Of a stretch of DNA of 64,000 nt, positions 1 to 9,068 are shown piece by piece (positions within the stretch are counted from its first letter, which is position 1; the number at the start of each line of letters is the position of its first letter). Under the pieces are notes generated by a model. That model did not search any database, was not told the origin of the DNA, and was given only the letters and a program-made list of their open reading frames with translations. Origin of the DNA: an uncultured bacterium (lineage in GTDB: Bacteria; Verrucomicrobiota; Kiritimatiellia; CAIKKV01; CAITUY01); contig CAITUY010000042.1 of assembly GCA_903895695.1 (NCBI GenBank), positions 879-64,878 on the forward strand, in the 5' to 3' direction. The position numbers were made by a program, and so were the translations under genes.

Positions 1-13
1 CCGCCTCCGGACC

Positions 14-982
14 GTGGATGCCGACCGCCTGGCGCTCCAACAGACGGCTCAGACAGCCGAGGCCACATGGCGCGAGCGCGTGACGCGCCTCGAAAGGGAC
101 GCGGCCGCGCTTACCGCGACTTTGCGCCAGCGCGAGACGGACTTGGAGCTCTTCCGGACCCGCCTGGGCGACACGGAGCGCGAATCCGAACGGCAGGCGC
201 TGGACCTCCAGGCCCAGTTGACCCAGGCGGAGGCCCGTGCCGTCAAGGCCACCGAGGAACTGAGGGCTGTCACGCGGCAACTGGGCGAAGCTCGCGACTC
301 CCAGACGCGCCTCAAGGAGGAGAGCGATCGCAGCCTGTCCGATGCCCAAGCGCGAATCCAGCTCCTCGCCCAGAATGTTGAGGAACAGGATCGCCTCCTC
401 ACTGAAGCCCGGCGACGGCTCGATGGCGCCGAGGATCAGCAACGCGCCATCCGGCAGGAAGCCGCCCAGAATGAACAGGGCCTTCTGCGCCAGATCGAAC
501 GCCTGAAGACTGATGTCCGAAACGCGGGCACGCAGCTAACCGAGGCCCGGCGGCGCGTTGAAATGCAGGAGGAGCAACTCCGCAACTTGCGCCAGCAACG
601 AACGGTAGCCGCGCGCGAGGTGCCCCGCGCCACCGTCATCGAGATCCCGCGCACTCCGGCCAAGACGGAAGAACCGGCGCCCACGCCCCCACCGCCTGCT
701 CTGGCCGCCGAGGTCGTCGACGCGGAAGTCGTATCCAGCCCCTCCATGGCCAGGCCGGCCCCCGACGCGGCACCAGGCGCCGTCCGCCGCGCGGCACGAC
801 CGACACGGCCCCGCGCTGCGAGCGAAGCGCAGCACACGTTGACCAAGCTGGAAGAACAGTTGCAATCGGAATTGCAGGCGTGGGAACAACAACAAAAGAA
901 AGACGCCGACAGCGGAACGTTGTCGAAAATGAAGAGCTGGCTGGGCCTAAAGGACCGGCCGACCGATACCGACAAAACCTAA
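14..982 (+). CDS. Coiled-coil protein (E/R/Q/L-rich heptad-like N-terminal 200 aa, Pro/Ala-rich C-terminus). The frame is open back to the window start, so it may be 5'-partial.
   Basis: Long ORF (GTG start rendered as M). Composition typical of coiled-coil proteins. No recognisable catalytic motif. Antisense ORFs in the same region have R/G-rich junk composition. Confidence 0.5.
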   Translation: MDADRLALQQTAQTAEATWRERVTRLERDAAALTATLRQRETDLELFRTRLGDTERESERQALDLQAQLTQAEARAVKATEELRAVTRQLGEARDSQTRLKEESDRSLSDAQARIQLLAQNVEEQDRLLTEARRRLDGAEDQQRAIRQEAAQNEQGLLRQIERLKTDVRNAGTQLTEARRRVEMQEEQLRNLRQQRTVAAREVPRATVIEIPRTPAKTEEPAPTPPPPALAAEVVDAEVVSSPSMARPAPDAAPGAVRRAARPTRPRAASEAQHTLTKLEEQLQSELQAWEQQQKKDADSGTLSKMKSWLGLKDRPTDTDKT

Positions 983-1006
983 CCGCGCCCCGCACGGCGC
1001 GGACGA

Positions 1007-1915
1007 ATGGGAGGCACTATGGACGCAACCGGACATGACGACAACAAGACTGCGCTGGCACCGGCCGGCGACTCGACGGTCCCCGCCCCGGCAGACCACG
1101 AGATGACGGAAATTGAGAAGCACCTGGGCGACTTGGCCGCATCGCCCCAATTCGTGCCGCTTATGGGGAGTTTCCGCGAACTGCTGGACGCCGAACGGCG
1201 CCGCAACCGCGTGCGAACCCTCCTGATCAGTGCGGGCATGCTCGCCCTGTTGGTCTTGTTCATCTGGGGCCCCCTGCACCTGATCCGGACTTACATCCGC
1301 CTGTCCGAGCAACGCCTGGCAGGCGAACGCGAGTCCCTGCAACGCGTCGAGCACTCGCTCAACGAAAGCATGACCGTGCTCGCGGACGCCTCCCGCGAAC
1401 TGCGGAAGACGTTGGAAGCGTGCCGGCCGACGCCGGCGACGGGAGCCCAACCGGTTGTCGAGCCGGCAACGCCCCAGGTCACAGTGACCACGCCTGCAGC
1501 GGTCGCTCCGGTCGCGCCCCTGCTCATTGCGACGCCCTTGCCTCCGCATCCCGTCGGAGTCGCGACCACGCTCCCGCCTGCCGTTGTTGCCGCCGTGATG
1601 CCGCCCGCTGCTACGCCAACCGGCAAGGTGACCTCTGCTGCCGCGACCCCTGCGAAAGAACAGACGCCGCCCATCGCCAAACAGACCGTCGCGCCCGGCA
1701 TCCCGCCTGACGTCTTCAGGGCAGTGACGTCGACGCCGGCCGTCCCGGTGACCGTGGCGGTGAATCCCCCCATGCCAGCCGCCACCAACCGCGCGGCGTC
1801 AGCCGCGGTGGCCGAAACCCGCTTGGACGATGCGCTCGCGAACGTGGAACGGACCATTCAGGCGATCAAGCAGAAGAACGCTCCGACCAACGCCGCGACA
1901 ACGAAAAAACCATGA
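1007..1915 (+). CDS. Hypothetical single-pass membrane protein with a coiled-coil segment and a long Pro/Ala/Thr/Val-rich low-complexity tail.
   Basis: One clear hydrophobic helix (LLISAGMLALLVLFIWGPL) followed by a PT/PA-rich repeat region. Its stop overlaps the next start (ATGA at 1912). Confidence 0.5.
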   Translation: MGGTMDATGHDDNKTALAPAGDSTVPAPADHEMTEIEKHLGDLAASPQFVPLMGSFRELLDAERRRNRVRTLLISAGMLALLVLFIWGPLHLIRTYIRLSEQRLAGERESLQRVEHSLNESMTVLADASRELRKTLEACRPTPATGAQPVVEPATPQVTVTTPAAVAPVAPLLIATPLPPHPVGVATTLPPAVVAAVMPPAATPTGKVTSAAATPAKEQTPPIAKQTVAPGIPPDVFRAVTSTPAVPVTVAVNPPMPAATNRAASAAVAETRLDDALANVERTIQAIKQKNAPTNAATTKKP

Positions 1916-2157
1916 AGACACGCTGGCTCATCTTGCTGCTTCTGACTGCCGGTTGCGGCCGAGGGTCTGCGCCGGCCCCCGGGTCCAATGCGGCGCCCGC
2001 CGGGTCCGTGACGAACGAGCCCGGCCAGTCCGCGGTCGGCACCGTGGTGGACGGGCTCATCGGCAAGACCGCCGTGGACGCCGGCAAACGGGCGCGTATC
2101 CAACTGGAAAATGTGCGCACGCAGGAGAACCATGCGATCAGCGAAGCCATGCAGTAG
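1912..2157 (+). CDS. Small putative lipoprotein (81 aa).
   Basis: N-terminus MKTRWLILLLLTAGC has a lipobox-like LTAGC. ATGA overlap with the upstream gene. Confidence 0.45.
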   Translation: MKTRWLILLLLTAGCGRGSAPAPGSNAAPAGSVTNEPGQSAVGTVVDGLIGKTAVDAGKRARIQLENVRTQENHAISEAMQ

Positions 2158-3088
2158 ACGTCGCCGCGTCGCCGCGTTCGCCGTCCTTATTGCCGCCGCG
2201 GCTGGCGCGCTGTTCGCGACCCCTGCGACGAACGAGCCCACCCCTAGGCCCGCGTCCCTGCGGGACGACCTGGAGGCCGTGTTGCGCCAGGCCGAGCGGG
2301 GCGATCCCGAGGGCCAGTACCGCATGGGCGTGGTCTACGACGAGGGCATTGGACTCCGACGCGATGCCTCGCAGGCGGCCCGCTGGTATCGTCTCGCAGC
2401 CGAACAAGGCAAGCTCGATGCACAGCTCGACCTGGCCGTGTTGTTGGCCGGCGACGGCATCGCGCGCGACCGGACCGAATCCGTCCGCTGGTACCGCCAG
2501 GCGGCCGGACGCGGCGCCCCCCAAGCCCAGTATGTCCTCGGTCTCATGCTCGCGACCGGCACGGGCGTGGCGACCAACCTGACCGAAGCCGTGAAGTGGC
2601 TTGAGAAGGCGGGGGGTCAAGGCGTCGTTGATGCCCAGTACCAACTGGGCCTGCTTTACGGCGACGGTCGCGGCGTTCCGTGCGACGAGGCCAGGGCGGC
2701 CGCCTGGCTGCGCTTGGCCGCGGACGCCGGCTACGCGCCAGCCGAGTATGAGTTGGCCGTCTTGTACGCCAACGGCGAAGGGGTCCCCGCCTCGTTTGAC
2801 GACGCCTTAAGCTGGTACAGCAAAGCCGCCGAGGGCGGCATTGCCCAAGCGGCCTACAACCTGGCCTTCATGTACGGCCGGGGCCAAGGCGTACCGGTCG
2901 ATATTATCAATGCCTACCTCTGGGCTGAAAGGGCCGTGGCCCTGGGCAGCGAACCGGCCCTTGTCCTTCGGGGGCGACTACTGGAACGGATGCGGCCGGA
3001 AGAGATCGTCGAAGCCCACCGTCGCGACCTGGAGGCGGCCCGGATACGACCGGCGCGGCACTCATCGCCCCCCTCGCCTGCGCGTTAG
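2132..3088 (+). CDS. Sel1-like repeat (TPR-family) protein with an N-terminal signal peptide.
   Basis: At least 6 tandem approx. 36-aa repeats of the Sel1 pattern (AxxWYRxAAEQGxxxAQxxLGxxY). N-terminus RRRRVAAFAVLIAAAAGALFA is signal-like. The start could be 2111 or 2132 (both ATG). Confidence 0.7.
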   Translation: MRSAKPCSRRRRVAAFAVLIAAAAGALFATPATNEPTPRPASLRDDLEAVLRQAERGDPEGQYRMGVVYDEGIGLRRDASQAARWYRLAAEQGKLDAQLDLAVLLAGDGIARDRTESVRWYRQAAGRGAPQAQYVLGLMLATGTGVATNLTEAVKWLEKAGGQGVVDAQYQLGLLYGDGRGVPCDEARAAAWLRLAADAGYAPAEYELAVLYANGEGVPASFDDALSWYSKAAEGGIAQAAYNLAFMYGRGQGVPVDIINAYLWAERAVALGSEPALVLRGRLLERMRPEEIVEAHRRDLEAARIRPARHSSPPSPAR

Positions 3089-3121
3089 CCGCAGGCCGAG
3101 ACCGGATGTCCCAGCCCACGC

Positions 3122-4366
3122 CTAGGCAAGCAGGCGAAGACGCAGCATGTTGAGCGCTGCCTTGGCGGCGCGGTCGCGAACCATATCCCGATCGCCAGGA
3201 AGCTGAAAGTGTTCGGTCGTAGTGCGTGCCGCGCTCGATCCGCCCGCGGCCAATGCGATCCAGACTGTGCCCACGGGCTTCTCGTCGGACCCGCCGTCCG
3301 GCCCGGCGATGCCGGACACGGCCAGCGCATAGTCGGCGTCAGACTTACGCATGGCATTGAGCGCCAGGAGGCGGACGGTTTCCTCGCTCACGGCGCCATG
3401 CGCCGCCAGCACGGATGCGGGAATGTCGAGTTCGTGCTGTTTGAGCGCGTCGGAATAGACAACCCACCCGCCCCGGTAGTAGGCGCTCGCTCCGGGTATG
3501 TCGGTCAACAGACGCGCCACGAGCCCGCCCGTACAACTCTCCGCGGTAGCCACCGTGCGTCCCGCCTGCTTTAGCAGGCGGCCCACCGCTTCCTGGAGCG
3601 TAGTCGGGCCATGGCCAAAGATCAGCGGGCCCAGGCGTTCGGCCGCCGTCTTTTCGACCCGGTTCAGGTGCAGGCGTGCCGGGCCCGGCGTCGGGAAGTC
3701 GCTCCGGATGCGCACCGACACGATGCCGCCCGAGACGGTCGTCCCGACCGTGGGATTGTTGTCGCGCCGCATGAGGTCACCCAGCTTCTCGGCCACGGTC
3801 GATTCGCCCGCCCCGAATGTGTGAAGCGTTTCCGTGAGAATCGTGCGACCCGACTTCGTGGCCAGCGTCGGGAACACGTGGCGGTCGAACATGGGGCTCA
3901 TCTCGCGAGGGACGCCGGGGAAGACGAACACGGATGTTTTGCCGATCCGAATCTTGACGCCCGGCGCTGTGCCCCAATCGTTATCGAGAATCTCGCCGCC
4001 GCGCGGGACCATCGCCTGGATGCGATTGGAGGGCGGCATCTCGCGGCCCAACGACTTGAAAAACTTGCGGATGCGCTCCAGCGATGGCGGATGCAGGTCG
4101 AGGGGCTTGCCGAGCACATCGGCCAGCGCCTGACGCGAGAGATCGTCGGCCGTGGGCCCGAGTCCGCCGGTCACGATGACGAGATCGGCCGCGGCGGCCG
4201 CCTCGCGTACCGCGGCGACAATGGCCGCCTGATCGTCAGCCACGGTCTTATGATAGACCGTCATCACACCGCTGGCGGTCAGCCGCGCGCTAAGCCATGC
4301 CGAGTTCGTGTCCACCGTCTGACCGAGCACCAATTCGTCGCCCACCGAAAGAATCACTGCATTCAT
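3122..4366 (-). CDS. cinA: CinA (competence/damage-inducible protein A: MoCF-biosynthesis-like N-terminal domain plus C-terminal CinA/PncC nicotinamide-nucleotide amidohydrolase domain).
   Basis: N-terminus MNAVILSVGDELVLGQTVDTNSAWL is the canonical CinA start. 414 aa, two-domain length. ATG at 4366. Confidence 0.85.
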   Translation of the reverse strand: MNAVILSVGDELVLGQTVDTNSAWLSARLTASGVMTVYHKTVADDQAAIVAAVREAAAAADLVIVTGGLGPTADDLSRQALADVLGKPLDLHPPSLERIRKFFKSLGREMPPSNRIQAMVPRGGEILDNDWGTAPGVKIRIGKTSVFVFPGVPREMSPMFDRHVFPTLATKSGRTILTETLHTFGAGESTVAEKLGDLMRRDNNPTVGTTVSGGIVSVRIRSDFPTPGPARLHLNRVEKTAAERLGPLIFGHGPTTLQEAVGRLLKQAGRTVATAESCTGGLVARLLTDIPGASAYYRGGWVVYSDALKQHELDIPASVLAAHGAVSEETVRLLALNAMRKSDADYALAVSGIAGPDGGSDEKPVGTVWIALAAGGSSAARTTTEHFQLPGDRDMVRDRAAKAALNMLRLRLLA

Positions 4367-4387
4367 GAATGACCTCGTATAGCAGGC

Positions 4388-5650
4388 CTAGCAAGGAGGA
4401 TTGGGCTTGTTCATGGCGTGGCGATCCGTCCGGACCCACTCCTGGGCGCCGTGGCGCGCCAGGCCCATCTTCAGGTACAGCCCCACTTTCCACAGCACGA
4501 AAAGCGGCGCAAACAGCAGTCGCCGGTACACGACGAATGGCGCGTGGATCAAAACCAGTGAGGCCAACACATAGCTCAGTTCGGCTGCCAATGCTGCGAC
4601 CCAGAGCGCCGCCACCGCGCCCCACACGACGCCGGGCATAAGGCACCACAGGATGCCAACGACCGCCGCCGGCAGCGCTGTGGTCGCCACCAGAAGCGTC
4701 AGGGGCGGCACGAACAGATCCATGGCGCCGTCCAGGCGTGCGCCGTCGCCCAGGCGCAGCCCTTCCTTGAAGAGCGGCCAGGCCTGAGTTCGGATCAATG
4801 CGATGCGCCCGCCTTCCCATCGGACCCGCTGCGTGCCCGCCGATTTGCCGGATACCGCCATCTGCCCGAACACCTGCGCGCCGGGCACGAACTTCACGCG
4901 AATCCCCTGCCGCAGGTAGAACAACGCCAGCTCCACATCCTCGACGACGGAAAAGGCCGGATACGCGTACGCCTCGACCAACCGGCGCGCGAAGCACATG
5001 CCGTTACCCTTGAGTCCGCACGGCAAACCGAGCCGGTCGCGGCCCAATGGTCTCAGGAAATGAAAAGCGGCCAGCGATGCCGTCAGCAGGGAAGTGCGCC
5101 AGTTCTCCAGCGGATTCTGCACCCCGTAGTACCCCTGCAACGCCTCGCGACCCTGGACGATTTGCTCGTCCATGAACCACAGGAAGTCTTCGTTCACCGT
5201 CGAATCGGCATCCAGAATGACCACCGCATCATACGGCTCCCCCAACCCGGCCAGCCGCTCCCGCATGGCCCAGTTCAGGGCCTGCCCCTTGCCGCGGTGC
5301 ACGGGATCCGTCCGCTCCAGGACGATGGCCCCGTGGGTGCGCGCCACCTGCGCCGTGGTGTCCTCGCAGTTGTCGGCGATCACGACAATCCTGAATTTCG
5401 CGGCCGGGTATGACTGGCTCCGCAGTTGATCCACCACGTCGCCCAGGAGCAGCTCTTCGTTGTGGGCAGGAATAAGGATCAGGAACCGGGACGTTGCCTC
5501 GCGCCGTCCGGCAAACCGGCCCGTAATCTGTCGCCGCCCCGGATGCCCGAACGCGGCCACGCTAAGCAACAGCAGGTATAGCGCCATCACCGCGGCCGGC
5601 AACGCCGCGAGCATCAGGAGCCAGTTCAGTACGCAAAGCCCCAGGTTCAT
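4388..5650 (-). CDS. Membrane-embedded family-2 glycosyltransferase of the processive (synthase) type (PgaC/cellulose-synthase-like).
   Basis: Motifs in order: DxD (IADNCED), DAD (ILDADS), ED (VVEDVEL), QRVRW (QxxRW). TM helices flank the catalytic domain. ATGA overlap with the upstream gene at 5647-5650. Confidence 0.8.
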   Translation of the reverse strand: MNLGLCVLNWLLMLAALPAAVMALYLLLLSVAAFGHPGRRQITGRFAGRREATSRFLILIPAHNEELLLGDVVDQLRSQSYPAAKFRIVVIADNCEDTTAQVARTHGAIVLERTDPVHRGKGQALNWAMRERLAGLGEPYDAVVILDADSTVNEDFLWFMDEQIVQGREALQGYYGVQNPLENWRTSLLTASLAAFHFLRPLGRDRLGLPCGLKGNGMCFARRLVEAYAYPAFSVVEDVELALFYLRQGIRVKFVPGAQVFGQMAVSGKSAGTQRVRWEGGRIALIRTQAWPLFKEGLRLGDGARLDGAMDLFVPPLTLLVATTALPAAVVGILWCLMPGVVWGAVAALWVAALAAELSYVLASLVLIHAPFVVYRRLLFAPLFVLWKVGLYLKMGLARHGAQEWVRTDRHAMNKPNPPC

Positions 5651-6189
5651 GCCTTGACCTCGAAGGTGCGAATGACTTTGGCCGGGACGCCGGCCGCCAG
5701 GCAGTTGGCCGGGATATCGCGCGTCACCACGCTACCCGCGCCGATGACGGCATGATCGCCGATGGTGACGCCCTTGAGCACAATCACTCGCACGCCCAGC
5801 CACACGTCCCGGCCCAGAACGATCGGCCGGGATTCGCTCGGTCTATCGCGGTCCTCAACGCTGTGATAGTCGTTATCCATCAAACACGCGTAGGAGCCGA
5901 GTTGGCACCCGTCACCGATTTGCACCAGCTTGTGTGCGGAGATGCTGGCGCCATAGTTAATGAACACGCCGCTCCCGATCTCCAAGCGCGCACCGGGATA
6001 GGTAACGATCTCGGAGGTGACCGTGGTGCTGAAGAACCGGAATTTCTCGCCGATCATGACCTCGCCCAGGTTGGTAATCCGGGGCCGGCCATAGACACGC
6101 GGCAGGCGCCCCACCCGCGTGCAGCGGCGCAGATACCACCGCCCTAGCAGGACATGCCACGCGCTGTCGAGTTTATAGCCCAGGCTCAT
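5647..6189 (-). CDS. Hexapeptide-repeat (LbH) sugar O-acyltransferase.
   Basis: Repeated [LIV]G-x4 hexapeptides and a C-terminal VVTRDIPANCLAAGVPAKVIR motif typical of maltose/galactoside-acetyltransferase-like enzymes. ATGA overlaps on both sides. Confidence 0.8.
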   Translation of the reverse strand: MSLGYKLDSAWHVLLGRWYLRRCTRVGRLPRVYGRPRITNLGEVMIGEKFRFFSTTVTSEIVTYPGARLEIGSGVFINYGASISAHKLVQIGDGCQLGSYACLMDNDYHSVEDRDRPSESRPIVLGRDVWLGVRVIVLKGVTIGDHAVIGAGSVVTRDIPANCLAAGVPAKVIRTFEVKA

Positions 6190-7250
6190 GCTTGGCTCCG
6201 CTTTTCCGCCGCCCGGCAGGCCGCGCCGATGCGGCTGACGAATTGCGCAAGCGTGCGTTCCCGCAGCGCCGATTCGCGGCCGGTCCGGGCGATTGCCGCC
6301 GCCTCGGCCGGATTACCGATTAACCGCTGCACGGCAGCACGCAGGGCCCCGGCATCGCCGCTGGGCACCGTGACCGCCGCCCCGGGATCGATCGAATCCA
6401 GGATGCCTTCCGAGGCGGATATGACCACGGGGCGGCCGCAGGCTTGCGCCTCGAAAAGCGATGTAACGCCCGCCGGCCAATCCACGTTCATCAACGGCAC
6501 GACGACGACAGCCGCACTGCGGTATAAGTCGCGCAGTTCGATGCTCGACAGCCCCTTGCGTAACGTCACGTTGGAAGGAACCCGCCGCCCGGATGTCTGG
6601 TCCTCACGCTTGGACCACGGGCTCGAAGCGACGACGGTCACCGGAATGTCCGTGCCGTCCAGGGCCTGGAACAATGTCGTGTAGTCGCGCAGTTCGCGAC
6701 CCACGCTGACTACGCCGCGACCCGGGCCGGCCGGCTTGCCGGGCGTGAAGAATGCCTCATCAACCTGGAATGCAATCCGGCAGACCTTGCTTGCGGGCAC
6801 GCCAAGGCGCTCCTGGGCGAAGCGTTCCTGTTGGCGGCTGTAGCAGAGCATGACGCCAATCTGGTTGAACAGGCGGAACGCGCGCAACACCCGGCTCTTC
6901 TGGGGCGTCGTGATGCGATGGCCGATCAGGGCCAGGGTCACGCCGCGTCGGAGCTTCAGCATCAGCGCCAGTGGGATCGCGGTATTTTCGGCCGTGACAA
7001 AATAGAAGGAGCCCCGCTTCCAGAACGCCAGCCACGCCAGCGCCACGGCCTTGCCGGCGACCTTCGCCAGCAGGCGCGTTAGGGCCGACCCGCGCGGTAC
7101 ATCGGAAAACGACAGGATTTCGGCATCCAGGGCCCGGGCCAGTTCCACGAAATCCTGCCGCGGCGATTCGGTCTCGCCCTGCAACCGGTTCAGCACGGCG
7201 TCCACATCCGCTGTGACCAGGACAAACCGTTTCCCTTTTTCGACTTTCAT
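6186..7250 (-). CDS. GT4-family (GT-B) glycosyltransferase.
   Basis: C-terminal region PLMNVDWPAGVTSLFEAQACGRPVVISASEG matches the GT4 E-x7-E region. Start trimmed to ATG at 7250 (MKVEKGKRFVLV); the longer track ORF starting at 7448 has an implausible Cys-rich leader. Confidence 0.75.
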   Translation of the reverse strand: MKVEKGKRFVLVTADVDAVLNRLQGETESPRQDFVELARALDAEILSFSDVPRGSALTRLLAKVAGKAVALAWLAFWKRGSFYFVTAENTAIPLALMLKLRRGVTLALIGHRITTPQKSRVLRAFRLFNQIGVMLCYSRQQERFAQERLGVPASKVCRIAFQVDEAFFTPGKPAGPGRGVVSVGRELRDYTTLFQALDGTDIPVTVVASSPWSKREDQTSGRRVPSNVTLRKGLSSIELRDLYRSAAVVVVPLMNVDWPAGVTSLFEAQACGRPVVISASEGILDSIDPGAAVTVPSGDAGALRAAVQRLIGNPAEAAAIARTGRESALRERTLAQFVSRIGAACRAAEKRSQA

Positions 7251-7386
7251 CAAGAGGCGCAGTCTAGCGCCCCGAATTGCCGTGGTCACGCAGAAGTTCA
7301 GCCGCAACTCGCCACAGGCCTCCGACAAGACGATTGCCGATGCCCCCAAAAGGCAGTATGTTGCAGCGCACCTGTGATAGGAGACT

Positions 7387-9039
7387 ATGAGTACGCATCC
7401 GTTGGCCGGGCAACCCGCCCCCGCAGAGTTACTGATTGATGTTGCCAAGCTCGAACGCGAATACCACGAGCGCCAGCCGGACCTTGCCGAGGCCAGTCAA
7501 CTAGTCAGCTTCGGCACCAGCGGCCACCGCGGCACGCCGACCAACGGCACCTTCACGGAAGCGCACATCCTGGCCATTACGCAGGCCATCTGCGACTACA
7601 GGCGCCAGCACGCCATCAGCGGGCCGCTGTTCATCGCCAAGGATACGCACGCCCTTTCAGGTCCCGCGCAACGGTCCGCCATCGAGGTGCTCGCCGCCAA
7701 CGCCGTGGAAACGTTCGTTCAGCGCAACGACGGCTTCACCCCCACCCCGGCACTGTCTTTCGCGATTCTCGACTACAACCGCGGGCGCAAGGACGGCCAC
7801 GCTGACGGCATCGGCATCACGCCCTCGCACAATCCCCCGGCAGACGGCGGCTTCAAGTACAACCCACCCAACGGCGGCCCTGCCGACACCGACGTGACCG
7901 GTTGGATTCAGCGCCGCGCCAACCGCCTTCTCCAGGACGGAAACCACGATGTAAAGCGCACACCGTACGACGCAGCGCTTCACGCGACGACGACACACCA
8001 GCACGACTTCTGTACGCCCTACGTCAATGCACTTGGCTCCGTCATCGACATGGACCTCATTCGGAAATCTGGAGTGAAGATCGGCGTGGACCCGCTGGGC
8101 GGCGCCTCCGTTCATTACTGGGAACCGATCAAGGAACGCTACGGGCTGAATCTCACGGTCGTCAATCCGCGCGTCGACCCGACTTTCAGCTTCATGACGG
8201 TGGATCATGACGGGAAGATCCGCATGGACTGTTCCAGCCCCTATGCCATGGCCAGGCTGGTGCAACTCAAGGACCAGTTCGAGGTGGCGTTCGCCTGCGA
8301 CCCTGATGCCGACCGCCACGGCATCGTCTCGCCCACCGTGGGCCTGATGAACCCGAACCATTACCTCGCCGTTGCCATCGATTACCTGCTGAAGCACCGC
8401 CCGCAGTGGCCCACCGCCGCCGCCATCGGCAAGACCATGGTCAGCAGCAGCCTGATTGACCGGGTCGTGGCAAGTCTGGGCCGTCAACTCTACGAAGTGC
8501 CGGTCGGCTTCAAGTACTTCGTCGATGGTCTCGCCGACGGCTCGCTCTGCTTCGGCGGCGAGGAAAGCGCTGGGGCATCGTTCCTGCGCCGCGACGGCTC
8601 CACATGGGTAACGGAGAAAGACGGGTTACTGCTCTGCCTGTTGTCGGCCGAAATCGTCTCGCGCATCGGCACACTCGCCGCCCACTATCAGGCTCTCACG
8701 GACAAGCTTGGCACGCCCTTCTATACACGCATTGACACGCCCTGTTCCCCGGAGCAAAAGGCGGGATTCAAGAAATTCTTGCCCGAATCCGTTGAGGCCA
8801 AAGAACTGGCAGGAGAGGCAATTACCGCGAAGCTCGTCAATGCCCCCGGCAACAATGCGCCCATCGGCGGGTTGAAAGTGGTCGCGAAGAATGGTTGGTT
8901 CGCGGCAAGGCCCAGCGGCACGGAGAACCTCTACAAGCTCTACGCCGAGAGTTTCCGCGATCCCGCCCACCTGGTGCTTCTGGTTTCACAGGCACAGGCC
9001 ATCATTGCCCGCACTCTGGCCAGTGCGCTTCACGCCTGA
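7387..9039 (+). CDS. pgm: Phosphoglucomutase (alpha-D-glucose-phosphate specific).
   Basis: GTSGHRGT N-terminal motif, phosphoserine loop [15 protein letters not shown] and sugar-binding region are all present. 550 aa. AGGAGA RBS 5 nt upstream of ATG 7387. Confidence 0.9.
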   Translation: MSTHPLAGQPAPAELLIDVAKLEREYHERQPDLAEASQLVSFGTSGHRGTPTNGTFTEAHILAITQAICDYRRQHAISGPLFIAKDTHALSGPAQRSAIEVLAANAVETFVQRNDGFTPTPALSFAILDYNRGRKDGHADGIGITPSHNPPADGGFKYNPPNGGPADTDVTGWIQRRANRLLQDGNHDVKRTPYDAALHATTTHQHDFCTPYVNALGSVIDMDLIRKSGVKIGVDPLGGASVHYWEPIKERYGLNLTVVNPRVDPTFSFMTVDHDGKIRMDCSSPYAMARLVQLKDQFEVAFACDPDADRHGIVSPTVGLMNPNHYLAVAIDYLLKHRPQWPTAAAIGKTMVSSSLIDRVVASLGRQLYEVPVGFKYFVDGLADGSLCFGGEESAGASFLRRDGSTWVTEKDGLLLCLLSAEIVSRIGTLAAHYQALTDKLGTPFYTRIDTPCSPEQKAGFKKFLPESVEAKELAGEAITAKLVNAPGNNAPIGGLKVVAKNGWFAARPSGTENLYKLYAESFRDPAHLVLLVSQAQAIIARTLASALHA

Positions 9040-9068
9040 AACGCTGAGCCTGCCTGTAGTGTCGCGCG

